From: Utricularia gibba
Taxonomy: Eukaryota; Plantae; Magnoliophyta
Assembly: GCA_002189035.1 (NCBI GenBank)
Contig: NEEC01000014.1
Coordinates: 248,001 to 312,000 of the forward strand
Length of the DNA stretch: 64,000 nt
Reading direction: 5' to 3'
The notes under the pieces: model-generated
Seen by the model: the letters and a program-made list of their open reading frames with translations, nothing else
Databases searched by the model: none
What the model was told of the DNA's origin: nothing
Translations under genes and position numbers: made by a program
Shown: positions 25,449 through 37,091 of the stretch, piece by piece
Position numbering within the stretch: position 1 is the first letter of the stretch
Layout of the letters: each line of letters begins with the position of its first letter

Positions 25449-26846
25449 TAAACACTTCCATTGAGGGGATGGGCTAATCATCTCGTTACTTGATTGATGT
25501 AAGATGGCTGAATAAAGATTATTTTATAAAGTAACCATATTTCACTTCAAAACGTTGTAACTAAAAATGATACTTTTTAGTACCAATGCTTATTCTTCAA
25601 AATAACCCCTGAATAAAGACTCATTTAGGCTGGTGCTCCAAACCATAACATTCAATTAACCACAAACTAATAACTATTAGTTTCAGGCTCAGTGCCCATG
25701 TCGACAGTATGCTACAAAAGGCCTAGCGTTTTGCCCCTCCTGGTCTCGTATGCATCATCTCAAATCGAACCAATAACACTGAAAATATAGTTCGCAGCAT
25801 GATCTCAAACCGTTTAGTCCACTGATAAACAAGCAGCCTTTGACTGATAAACAAGTTTAATAAATACGTTTTTTTTATTTATTCATTCTTGAACTTCTGA
25901 GATATCTTTTTTTGTGTATATCAGTTTAATGGGATATTAGGAGACTAACCAAACCATCATTTTTATAATTCAATGAATGCCCTCAAGGCATATTTCATTC
26001 AATTTTTATTTAATTCCCAAAAATGTAGTAGCACGCTTTGGCTACTCCAAATTGGATCCTGTGGGACTAATCGTGTTCAGTTCTTTATTAGGGTTTCCTA
26101 ATAATTTATTTTAATATATTATTATAATAATTTATACATTTTCTCATCTGCAAAACACTAATTATTTAAACTTGTACTATTTTCCGAATAAAAATCCTTA
26201 CCTAATTCATAAATTTCATCTGGGGGCTATACCATGTGTTATAAAGCGTGTCCCAAAAGGTACTGCGACCCGACCTGGAGGCATCCACGATATTGCCATG
26301 AACAGCAGTCGAATAAGCAATTCGATATACCTGTTGCAAAACGTGTATTCCACTTGCTAAGCTTCATGGATTCCGTATTGCCGTCCATGGTATTTGCAGG
26401 TTCATAGATAACGGAGTCAAGCTTCTTAGTCCCGGAGTCAAATAAGCAATTCGATATACCTGTTGCAAAACGTGAACGCTAATAACTATAAACTTTTATG
26501 GGGATGAGGTGTAGGAGTAGCTCATCTAGACGAGAGTAGAATCTGCTTCTTCTCATAGCAGGAATCATTTGTTCAGTTGGACAGAGTGGATTCCACGGAT
26601 TCTCTAGGTGCTCTCTGATGGAATTCCAAATGCTGGATGCGTAATTAATGCGTCAGTAATCAAGTCTTCGCCTCATTAAACCCTATCCAAGATCAGCCTC
26701 GTGATAGTGAAACGCCGGCGTGTGTATTTATTTATGCCTAACAGAATCCTTTCATAGGGATCATGAGAACCCTCTTCCCTCCATTCCATTCATTCTTGTG
26801 GTGACACTAGAATCATTGTAAATATCAATCTATATCGTGCCACATA

Positions 26847-28871
26847 ATGATGGGAGCATATTTCAGTAATTCATTGATAGTGAGAGAAATGGATGGTGAT
26901 TAGTTTTATAAATGATCCAAAGAAAAGCGCTCAACAATTTAAGTAGAACCAACCGAGGGGTCAACTACCCACCCTCCATTTCTATCACACACACTCATTA
27001 TAAAAAATTATATTTAGTATGTATATTTTTTATCATACAATCATTTTATAGTAAATATTTTTCAAAATCATTTCTTTTTTTCTATTTGGGATGACCATAT
27101 TGAACTTGCTCGCGGTGTCCGTATCAAGAGAATGGAATCTGTTGGAGTATGCACTTAATCAAGCTACTAAAGGCATGTTTGGTATGCGAGATAAGTGGTA
27201 TTTTCATTAGTGATTCAACAAACTCACCATAATCTCTTATATGTAGTAATAATGAAACTTGGGGGTGGGTCAGATTGTTAAAACCAATGTAAATTTATCT
27301 AATCACAAATAAATTCAATTATACATACCAAACATAAAAATGTATAAGATATATTATACTTAATATACATCAATCACAAATAATCTATAACTCTCATTAT
27401 ATAATCTCTTGTACCAAACATGCCCTAAGTCCTTCCAGTAGGTTGACGATGAGAATTTGTCAAGCGGATCTGATGGGGTTCTTGTCATAGTAGGTATGAC
27501 TCCCTCTTGCATAAGCATCCTGCAATAAGAAACCCCTCCGCAGATCTCATTTCCAAGTTAAAAAGTTACGAAAGTTTTCACAAACAGTGCGGCCCAAATA
27601 CATATTTGTATAACATGTCAATAGATGCCCTCAAAAGGAACATGTCTCAAGTGGCATCCGAATGCAAATACATCATATATATTGCTTCTTCTGGCTTGGG
27701 GAATAAAATGATAGCCCCTGCCTCTACATTTTTATATGCTCTTCTCACTGAAAGAATTCTCTTAATCGAGGATCAAGAGCTTTATTCTCTATTTTGTGAA
27801 CCCTTTCCTAAAAGTTCATGGCGGCTTCCCTCCGACTTCCCATTGTACGCTAGACTTCGTACTTTTTATAAGGAATCTAAAGAAAGCTTTGGAGACTTGT
27901 TGAGAAACGATTTATTAGGTAATTCTAGTAGTTCATTGCCTCAACCCTATGTATACCTCCATCTGGATCCAACATTTGGCAGTTTTGATAAGCGTTTCTA
28001 CTGTGATGAAGACCACTCATATATTCAGGATGTGCCATGGTTGATTTTATGGTCAAATCAATATTTCATCCCCTCCTTGTTCTCAATAACATCTTTTCAG
28101 AAAAAGCTGCATGATTTATTTCCAGATAAAGAAACAGTTTTTCATTTTTTAGCATCCTATTTGTTCAATCCAGAAGATTCGGTTTGGGGGTTAGTTAGAA
28201 GATTCTATGATACTTATTTATCTGATGCTGACCTCAAATTGGGGATCCAAATTCGAACTAATACTTTCTACAACACCCCATTCGAAGATGTTCTTAGTCT
28301 AATTGTCTCATGCACCACGAATGAGGGTTTACTTCCATCAGTTTATCAGCAAGAGGAAGGAAATTTGACCAAACCCATGTTCAAAAGGATGAAAACAGTT
28401 GTACTACTGACTTCCTTGAGCCGTGACTACTTTGAGCATATCAGGAGGATGTTTTGGGAGCATGCTACTGTAACCGGAGAGACGATCGCAGTTCACCAAC
28501 GAAGCTTCGAAGAGAACCAGAATACTGGGAATCTAATTGATGATCGAAAAGCCTTAGCAGAAATGTACTTGCTTAGTTTAAGCGATGAGTTGCTTACAAG
28601 TCCATCATCAACTTTTGGGTATGTGGCTCAAGGCCTTGGTGGGTTAACACCATGGATGATCTTGATGTCCAAGAACAAGACAGGCCATTACCATCCATGT
28701 CGCCGACTTCCTTCAATGGAGCCATGCTTCCATGTGCCACCATACTACGATTGTAAGACAGGAAGTGATAAATATCCAAATTCTACTGAGCCTCATACCA
28801 CACAGTGCCTGGATGGGATATGGGGCTTGGGAGGACTGCAGCTAGTTAACCACTTCGACGGTACAACTTAG
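26847..28871 (+). pseudogene. GT37 FUT-like gene with disrupted N-terminus and open catalytic-domain ORF (27507-28871)
   Basis: Paralog of 39515-41122. The ATG-proximal region is replaced (~26876-27075), a MITE sits at 27171-27425, and there is a CAG>TAG stop and a 1-nt deletion before 27507. The 454-codon remainder is uninterrupted. Confidence 0.88.
27171..27425. mobile_element. Tourist-like (PIF/Harbinger) MITE, 255 bp
   Basis: TIRs AGGCATGTTTGGTA / TACCAAACATGCCC (13/14 match); TAA TSD at 27168-27170 and 27426-27428. Removing it restores colinearity with the 39515 paralog. Confidence 0.92.
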
Positions 28872-29513
28872 ACTCATTCAGTGACTGCCTACCGCAAGTC
28901 TTTCAATTAAATTGTGTTGAGCAATTGCCACCATTTCAAACGCTCTTGTAACGGACTGTTGGGAAATGGGCCACGTCCAGGTCCGCAAACCAAACTCAGG
29001 GTTTAGTTTCACAATGATCATATCAAACCGACAACAGCAGTAGATTCCAAGTGAACCAATAAGAAAATGAAGGCTCCAAATTTTAGTTTCACAAATGCTA
29101 GGCTTGTTCAAGAAGTGTGTTTCAAATTGGAATTAAATGTTCAGAAAAAAAGATATATCATAACAACAATACATTCGGTGAATTTGGACAAGAATACACC
29201 TTACCTAAAACTCTAAGCTAAAATGTGTTAACACGCACATAATGCAAGTCACAACCTAATAAGGCCTCTTCATGTGGGTCGCCGAGGCGCCGAGGAAAGT
29301 TCCGGCTTCGATGATGACTTTGGGCTTGGCCTAATATGAATATACATATAAATGCCTACATAAAAAAATTGCAAAAAAAAAAAAAAAATCATTTTTTGGT
29401 ATTTAATTTTTAAAGGAATATTAATGATGGATACTTTTCAAAATGTTTTAAGAAGATGGATATTTTTCAAATTAAAATGAAAAGAGATGGATATTTTCCA
29501 TATAAACTCTCTA

Positions 29514-29614
29514 ATGGTGATACTTTTTGTGGTCATCAGTATCCTTGTAGTCAATATGACGTCTTGGACCCTAGTGACAATAAGGATACTAATGACCACA
29601 AAAAGTATCACCAT
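29514..29614. ncRNA. Candidate pre-miRNA-like hairpin
   Basis: 40-bp arms 29514-29553 and 29575-29614 with 3 mismatches (one G:U on the plus strand) and a 21-nt loop. Confidence 0.45.
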
Positions 29615-29803
29615 CAGCTTACTATCCTTATTGTCCTCCGAGTCAGGGGGCGAGCTGCTGCTCCCTTCCACGAGGGAGGCCTTTTTTTTTTTTTTTCGCA
29701 GGAGCCTCAAGTCTTCTTAACTTGAATACTTATTTATAGTAGTTAAATGTACATAGAAAAAAAAGAAACTAATTCAATAGATGCTAATACAAATGTAGAT
29801 GCA

Positions 29804-29956
29804 GTAACCATAATTTGAGTTAGGTACTTAAATGGAGTACTCTCTTCGTATTAAGTAACCATAATTCGAGTTAGGTAATTAAACCGAGTACAATTTTCAT
29901 ATTAAGTAACCATAATTTCAGTTAGGTACTTAAATGGAGTACTCTTTTCGTATTAA
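29804..29956. repeat. Tandem repeat, 3 x 51 bp
   Basis: Units start GTAACCATAATT at 29804, 29855 and 29906. Confidence 0.93.
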
Positions 29957-30165
29957 ATAAATATTAAAGTCAACCCAAGGGCGGACAGGTCTCATTTTGT
30001 AGTTGCGAATCGCATCTATGCAACATTTATAATGCCGAATCTCAAGGCATAATCTATTTAAATGTACCTCATCGCATCTTCTAAGCTCCTACCTAAAAGA
30101 AGACTAAGGTTCAAACCCTCTGCATATAATCCAACAGTCACTAAATTCTCTGTGCTACCAAAATC

Positions 30166-30447
30166 ATGCCTGAGTTTTCTATGCTTCCAATGAATTATCA
30201 ACTTACACTCATTATGTGTGTGACTTTTTTTATGGGTGTTTGTCTGCTCCCCTCGTATTTACGTAGTGTTTACCCTTTCAGATTTTATACATCCGAATCT
30301 GAAGCCGAGAGTCCGTTATATAACTCAAGAATTGCGATTTGTTTGGTGGGTGGAGCCCGGAGATTCGAACTCACCGGCCCTTCCATCATTCAACGAATGC
30401 TTCGAGTTTACCCTAATTCAGATCTTTTTTCTGCATTGTCCTCTTGA
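30166..30447 (+). pseudogene. 5' fragment of an uncharacterised plant type-II membrane protein (At3g26950/DUF7796-like)
   Basis: TM segment then SRIAICLVGGARRFELTGPSI..VYPNSDLF. A frameshift hides the expected LHCPLD, and AT-rich repeat DNA follows. Family label is from memory. Confidence 0.6.
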
Positions 30448-30942
30448 TGTTGAACTAAATTTAATTTTTTTTTAAAATAGAAAAGCAAAAGAAAATCACG
30501 ATCTAATCATGGTTCAATTGCAATTCAGCCATGATTCAACTATGATTTAATTATAATTTGATAATTTTTCATAAAAAAATATCAAAAAAAGTGAGCGGTT
30601 CCGATCATAGTTGAACATTTCCAATTGCAAACGATCAGTACCTGTTTGATGCTAAGGAAAATGTTCAGGAAGTTGCCAGTTGTTTTATATATGATCATAT
30701 ATTTGATGGTTTTCCCTTTTTCAATGCATGGTGTCCACGAAACCATATAGTTGACATTTGAGGTGCATGAATCCAAACATTTTTTGGTACTCTTGTGTTG
30801 TACTTGATTGAGTTGCAAACTGGCGGGATAACCCGAGAACTCAATAAGGGTAGCCTTCCAACTTCACCATCCTGTAAAATGATAATGTTTACAAGTCTTG
30901 ACAGTGTTCAAGGAAGAAACTAATTTCCTACAACACTATGCC

Positions 30943-32428
30943 ATGTGTTCCCTTCGATTCCAGTTGAAAATACTCTGCATCCTAATTGCTTTCCTCTCTC
31001 TATTCGCACTCCTTAATATGAAGTCAGCTCCAACTCTGCTAGCTGAACCATCTTCGTATACAATGAAAAACCATGAACAGGAGGAAGGAATGGCGACGAA
31101 GCGGCGAGACTCGGTCACTTTTCTCCCTTTGATAGACCTACGATTCTCTGAGACAGCTGAGAATGGGAAGACGTGGTTCATGAGCTCACTTACAGATATC
31201 GAAGAAGAAGGTGAAGCCCAGTATATGAAATTCCCTTCAAATGTTACAAAAGGTAGAGTTTTATGTATCAAGGCACGACATGGAAACCTAGGGTCCGAAA
31301 ATTCATATGCATTAGCATGGAGAGATTATCTTCCAAGGGATGCTACTTTGATTCAAGGGATTACATTCATTGCTGACTCTTACTATGTATACCAGAACAT
31401 TTGGCATGGGCAATCCGCTTTGATGTCCTTTGTGGGATGGTATATAAAAACGCACTGCAGGAAACCTGATAGATGGGTTTTATTTTATAGAGGTGAACTC
31501 GTAACGAGTGCAATTCCATGGGTGAAGAATTTGATGGATGCAACATTTGATGGCCACTTTAATATTGAGGATTTGGATAAGAATAAGACAAATTCTGTGA
31601 CTGATGCTCCAACTTGCTTCGAGGAGGCCGTGGTGATGAGACACACTGAAAGAGATCTGTCTAAGGAGAAGAGACGTAAGGTTTATGATTTGATGAGATG
31701 CAAAGCCAGGATCCACTGTAATGTTAGCTCAAAAGAGAAGTCAAAATCCGAGATTGGCATGACACTTCTTTTAAGGCCAGAGTCACGATCCTTCAAGAAT
31801 TCATCCGCAGTGATTAGCATATTTCAGAGAGCTTGCAACAAGGTTAACAATTGTCGTCTTTCAGTGGCCTACCCTCATAGTCTCTCATTTTGTGAGCAAG
31901 TAAGTATGAGTTGGTGCCTTTTATTCCTTGGTTTTTAAAACAAAAAAACTACAACTATCAATTTCAAAAGCATGATTTGTGTTTCATTGTCTGACAGCAC
32001 GCGTGATGGTAATTTAGGTGCAGCTGATGCACAAAACAGACATAATGATCTCGTCACACGGTGCACAGGTCACTAATATGATCCTGATGGATAGAAACAG
32101 CAGTGTCATGGAACTATATCCTAAGGGCTGGCTGGAGCACGCAGGCGTCGGCCAGTACGTGTACCATTGGCTAAGTGATTGGTCCGGAATGAGACACCAA
32201 GGTGTGTGGCGAGACCCTGTCGCAGATGACTGTCATAATTTGACGGACATGAATTCTTGCGTGAAAGCATCCTTCATGGTGAGAAAGATTGGGCATAATG
32301 AATCATATTTCATGGAGTGGGCTGACAGAGTTCTTAATATTATGCAACGTAGCATTCAGGATGCAAGAGGATCTGCAAATGATCCATCTGCTTCTGTTGG
32401 TTGTAGATGTGAATCAATTCATTGGTGA
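30943..32428 (+). CDS. GT61-family glycosyltransferase, 2 exons (30943-31899, 32018-32428)
   Basis: N-terminal TM; NIWHGQSALM motif. GTAAGT..TTTAG intron 31900-32017 (phase 0) joins FCEQ|VQLMHKTDIMISSHGAQVTNMILMDRNSSVMELYPKGW, the GT61 HGA motif. Confidence 0.88.
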
Positions 32429-32695
32429 ATTGATAGAGTATTCAACTATAAGCAAAACTTGCATATGAAATAAACACAAAAACCATAGGTGGGGATCATT
32501 TTTTTTTTTACATCTCATCCTTTTGGACATATCAAAAAGGGTACAAGAGGTGCCTTTTTTGTTGGTCGTACTTTTAGACCATATGGTGGCTCTCCAAACA
32601 TCAGAATCTGTTTCATTCCCCGTGTTCAAAAACAAGTTATCAGCTTGATTCATCATATATCCCAAGTCCTTGTAAACCACTGAACTCTTGATTTT

Positions 32696-33171
32696 TCAAG
32701 CCCAGGGAAACACTTGCGACTTCAGTAATTTGATATACTTCAAACTCGAACTCACGAAACGGTAAACCAGTGTTGCATAAGAATTGAGGCATTTCCCATC
32801 ATAGCAAACTCTGTTCGGGAGGCATATTTTGCTGCATTCTCCACAGTTGAATGGATTCGTGCGCAGATCCACAAACTCAAGCCCACAACGCTTCAACGAA
32901 GATGTTTGAGTACATCCTTCTTCTTTCAAATGTCAAAATAAATAAAAAAAAAATTTACTTGCTTTTGAATCTATGCGAGAGAGAATGAATAAGATGAAAA
33001 TAAAATGGGGAGAATCATAATTCTTATCCTTGTTTATTTCCAATCACCTTGGGGAGAATCTTGATTCTTATCCTTGATTAATTCTTCAGTGTTGGAACTC
33101 GCGAGGGCGGCGGTTGTAGCAGTAATCGCAATGACGGCAATGATCAGAGAATACTTGGCAGCCTTCACCAT
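32696..33171 (-). CDS. STIG1-like small secreted Cys-rich protein (possibly degenerate)
   Basis: Signal peptide MVKAAKYSLIIAVIAITATTAALA; VDLRTNPFNCGECSKICLPNRVCYDGKCLN resembles one STIG1 repeat. Needs a GT..AG intron 33047-32923 (phase 1) to be in frame. TATA at ~33211-33217. Confidence 0.55.
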
Positions 33172-33989
33172 TTTCTTGTAATGCAAACTGCCGGGATCAG
33201 GATGCTCATATTATATAGCCATGGCAACAGTTGCAGGTTGCCACCCGACGTCAATATCGTGTCGCCGGGGGCATGCATCACGCTGGTACGAGACTAATAA
33301 AGGAACAAAGACCAAAGCGAATACAAAACCTAAAATGCATACAATGCTACATGAATACAAAATATTAATCTAACATTCACCTAAAACAAACTTGGCGTTT
33401 GGCAGCATAACAGTCCGAATATGAAACGTTGCATTCAGGAATTTGAAGGGTCAGTTGATGCACCAACTTCAACACTGGCTTCGTTTCGAACTGATTTCTA
33501 AATGAAAATTCGTGAAATCAAGTTTCAGTACTATTAGAAATTTATATTTTATTACACAAAAATGTTAAAATTGGAATCTTGAAAATTGAATTAAATAATT
33601 CGTTAATATTGATTGAACAACATTTGTTGAGGGACAACTGCGACAAGGGTTTTACAAATTCAGACCACACAGAAGACAATGTCCAATCCTAATAACCCTA
33701 GTCAAGCACACTACGGATTAGCCACGCCAAACAACCTAAAAAAATGTCTTGGCGAAATTATTGATGTCCGAAGCAGCGTAGAACCAAGCTGACATAGAAA
33801 AATGCTCATTGCGAAGAATCTCGTGCCCAACTATTCTTCCTACACCATCATTTTTCAGCAAAAAAAAAAAAAAAGAATGGCTCTTTAACCTTGCCATTCC
33901 TGAACCAGCTCAATGGCTTGGAACCTTTCTGTGGACTCGTGAATTGTAACTACAATTAAGTATCAAAATATTACTTTTCAATGAACAAA

Positions 33990-34764
33990 ATAAAAGGAGT
34001 ACATTTCGGTACAATTGTTCCAATGCTGGAGGACATTCATTTTTTCTCATTAAAAAGTAAATGTCAGACAGATGATGCCCCCGTGACCAGGTTATCCACT
34101 GCACTCAACGAAATGACCTAACACTTGTTTTATATTAAACAAATCAGTTAACGAGAATAACCGCAATTCATACTTCATTACAGATGAGAAGACCTGCCAC
34201 TTGGCAATGAAGAAAAACAACGGTTCATTTTTTAAGTCAAATAAAAGGAAAACATTGCGGTACAATTATTCCGATGTCGAGGTACAATTTTTCTCATTAA
34301 AAAACTATACTCTTCCAATTGTCAGATAGATCAGGGCATTGACTGCACTCAACAAAATGACCTAAACAATTACTTAATATTAAACAAATCAACTAATGAG
34401 AATAACAGCAGTTCATATTCAAAGAGGGCTTCATTACAGGATAGAAAACTTGCCAATTGCCAGTGAAGAAAACAACGTTTCATTATTTAAGTCATATAAA
34501 AGGAATACATTGCGGCGCAGTTATTCCAATGTCGAAGGACAATTTTTCTCATTCAGAAAGTATACTCTCTTACAAATGTCAGATGGATTTTGCCCCCGTG
34601 ATCAGGGCATTGACTGTACTCAACCAAATCACCTAACAATTATTTTATATTGCACAAGCCAATGAACGTGAATAACAGCAATTCATACTTCAAACTGGGC
34701 TTCATTACAGATTAGAAAACTTGCCACTTGCATGTGAAGAAAACAACGTTTCATTTTTTAAGTC
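33990..34764. repeat. Diverged tandem repeat, 3 x ~253 bp
   Basis: Units start ATAAAAGGA at 33990, 34241 and 34496; shared blocks include TTTTCTCATT, TGTCAGA, ACTCAAC, CTTCATTACAG and GAAGAAAA. Confidence 0.88.
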
Positions 34765-35801
34765 TAGTAAATACAATCTTAATATTTCAAAACAAGGGAG
34801 CATTGCGCATGTGTTTGCAAGCATGACTTTGATTTTTGTAGCCATTATCCAGTGATCGAGCACCCCTTAGGTGCAATGGATTTGCATGTATTCACCGATT
34901 ACCTCTGACAAAGAAAAACAAGCATTTGGAATGACTCCTAAAGTATACAACAGCAGCAAGCTCCTTTTTTGTTAGATCACAGAGATGACCATAAAACGAT
35001 TTTTTTATTGTCAAATAATGATTATTATTATTATTATTATTATTATTTGTTTAGTATTTTTTATTTGAATAAGTAATAGTGTTATTTATATAATATAAAA
35101 ATAAAGGTAGAGAGAGAAAAAGAAATGATGGATACTTTTTGTAAAAAAAAATTTATGCACTAGGTAGATTTATAAAACCTGTAAGCGTTTGGATTTGACA
35201 TAAATTAGGTGCAATAAATTTCAATTTATCAAAGATCATCATAAGTACCTAATTTTTCAAATAATTCCATTGAAGAGCAAATTCCAACCTTGAAGGCATT
35301 ATTAGGAATGATGGTTTTGAATCTCCCAATAATCTATATCAACAACATGATTGAACTATGGAGTCAAACAATCAAACTTATTTCCAACTCCAGTTTGCTT
35401 AGTGCGGCATATGAATTACAACATGGTCCATGGGAAACATCAATAGAAATGAATACAATTGATAATACTATTAGATATTATTCATGACTTAGGTCAATTG
35501 GTTTTGAACGCAATAAATTGTGAATAAACTGTATATTCAAGGTAAATTATCAATAAGAATGGATACTTAAGGTAAATTACTGATAAAAATATAAACAAAG
35601 TTAAATTTCTAGTAGAAAGGAACATTTAAGATAACTTGTTAATAAAAATATTAAACAAGGATAAGTTAAAGGTAAGTTGCTAATAAACCATATTTAAAAG
35701 GTAAATCACAAATACATTGGATAAGAAAGGTAAAATAGTAATAAAAGATGTCTTGAAAGATTATTTTGCACAATGAGCCCAACACATACATATATCAATG
35801 A

Positions 35802-37091
35802 TTATTCCATCGGCTTCTCGAAGACCGCCGAGAGGTAGACCTGATTCTGCAGTGCCGGATTATCAGTCTTTTTCCCCACATTCCATCTCAAGATATTGAA
35901 ACCTACTCGTTTGAGAACGGGGACATACGTTTCCTCGAGTTGCGGGCTCGAGCAGAAGAAATGGTCTAACCAAAACAGGCCACCAGGTCTCAGTATTCGA
36001 TAAATATCGTAAAGAATGAACTCCAACATAATCCCAGGGATCCAGTTACTGAGCATATGCATCGAGTGAACGATATCAAGTGTGTTTTCGAAGAAAGGAA
36101 GCCTCTGTGAAATGGAGATGTGCATTGACAGCAACCCTCGAGAGGCAATGAAGCTGTTGAAAGGTCCATCTAGGTTCATGCTAGTTGTTATGATCGTCAC
36201 GTTCCTCTCCATCATACGAGCTGCAAACGTACCCGATCCACCACCTATGTCAACACCGATGCGTATCGTTCCATGAGGTTTCAGTGCAAGAACTTGATCA
36301 ATGCCGTACTCGATGCCCCGATCGCGCAGCCACCTCTTTCCTTCTCTGCGTTCCAGGTCAAAGCAGTCATTGCAATCGAAATAGGTTTGTTTGTCACGCC
36401 ACCTTTGCCGCAGGCAAGCGTAGTTCTTACAAGTATATGAATCCCAAACAATGCTTGTGTCTGGTGGAATAGACCACAAGCTTTTTGGGAGGGGAGACGG
36501 TTCGACGTAGTTTTTGGGAGATTTGGGATGGCACCTCCTCCTAGGAAGCGGCTCACATCCACGAAGCATCATACTCTGAGCAGAAACCTCATCCATCGGG
36601 CACTCTCCTCCAGCTTGATAACTCATGAATTTCTCGAGTTCCTCTTTGTGCTTCAAGCAACCAGCTCCATACGAAAATGCAATCTCACTCCCCATTCTTA
36701 GATTATATCCATTAGGAAGATTGTGACTGCCTAGGGCAAGCTTCGCCTCACTGCTTAAATCTGACAAAGGAGTGCGCAATTCCAGCTGCAAGGTGTTACC
36801 TTTTGATGACCCCCCTTCATTCCTCAATTGGTGTACAAGTGAGCGGCAGGCGGCAAGGCCACCACTGAGTTCATGAATGAAAGAAGAATAATCAAACTCT
36901 GTGAGTCTAGTGCCAGAGAAGGCGTAGAATGTGACAACGTTCGTTAGTATTACAAGGAGAAGAACCTTGAACAGTGTACTCCACTTCTCGGTTTTGTCAC
37001 GATAATAAAAGGTTTGCTCCATCCTTGGATTCAAGGGAATGTCAGTTCTATTTCTATTCTCTATTTTCCTAATCGATGGGCCAAGAGGCAT
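35802..37091 (-). CDS. Type-II membrane SAM-dependent methyltransferase (At1g29790-like, Methyltransf_29)
   Basis: Intact intronless 429-aa ORF (alternative ATG at 37022); TM segment; GCEPLPRRRC, IRIGVDIGGGSGTFAARM, RLPFFENTLDIVHSMH and YRILRPGGLFWLDHFFC motifs. Confidence 0.93.
   Translation of the reverse strand: MPLGPSIRKIENRNRTDIPLNPRMEQTFYYRDKTEKWSTLFKVLLLVILTNVVTFYAFSGTRLTEFDYSSFIHELSGGLAACRSLVHQLRNEGGSSKGNTLQLELRTPLSDLSSEAKLALGSHNLPNGYNLRMGSEIAFSYGAGCLKHKEELEKFMSYQAGGECPMDEVSAQSMMLRGCEPLPRRRCHPKSPKNYVEPSPLPKSLWSIPPDTSIVWDSYTCKNYACLRQRWRDKQTYFDCNDCFDLERREGKRWLRDRGIEYGIDQVLALKPHGTIRIGVDIGGGSGTFAARMMERNVTIITTSMNLDGPFNSFIASRGLLSMHISISQRLPFFENTLDIVHSMHMLSNWIPGIMLEFILYDIYRILRPGGLFWLDHFFCSSPQLEETYVPVLKRVGFNILRWNVGKKTDNPALQNQVYLSAVFEKPME

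Noticed and set aside
28551-28860. Gene conversion between the 27507 and 39515 FUT 3' ends
   Set aside because: Proteins are identical but about 7 silent differences remain, which fits purifying selection better than recent conversion.
29804-34764. CRISPR-like reading of the tandem repeats
   Set aside because: Eukaryotic context, no unique spacers, no cas genes.
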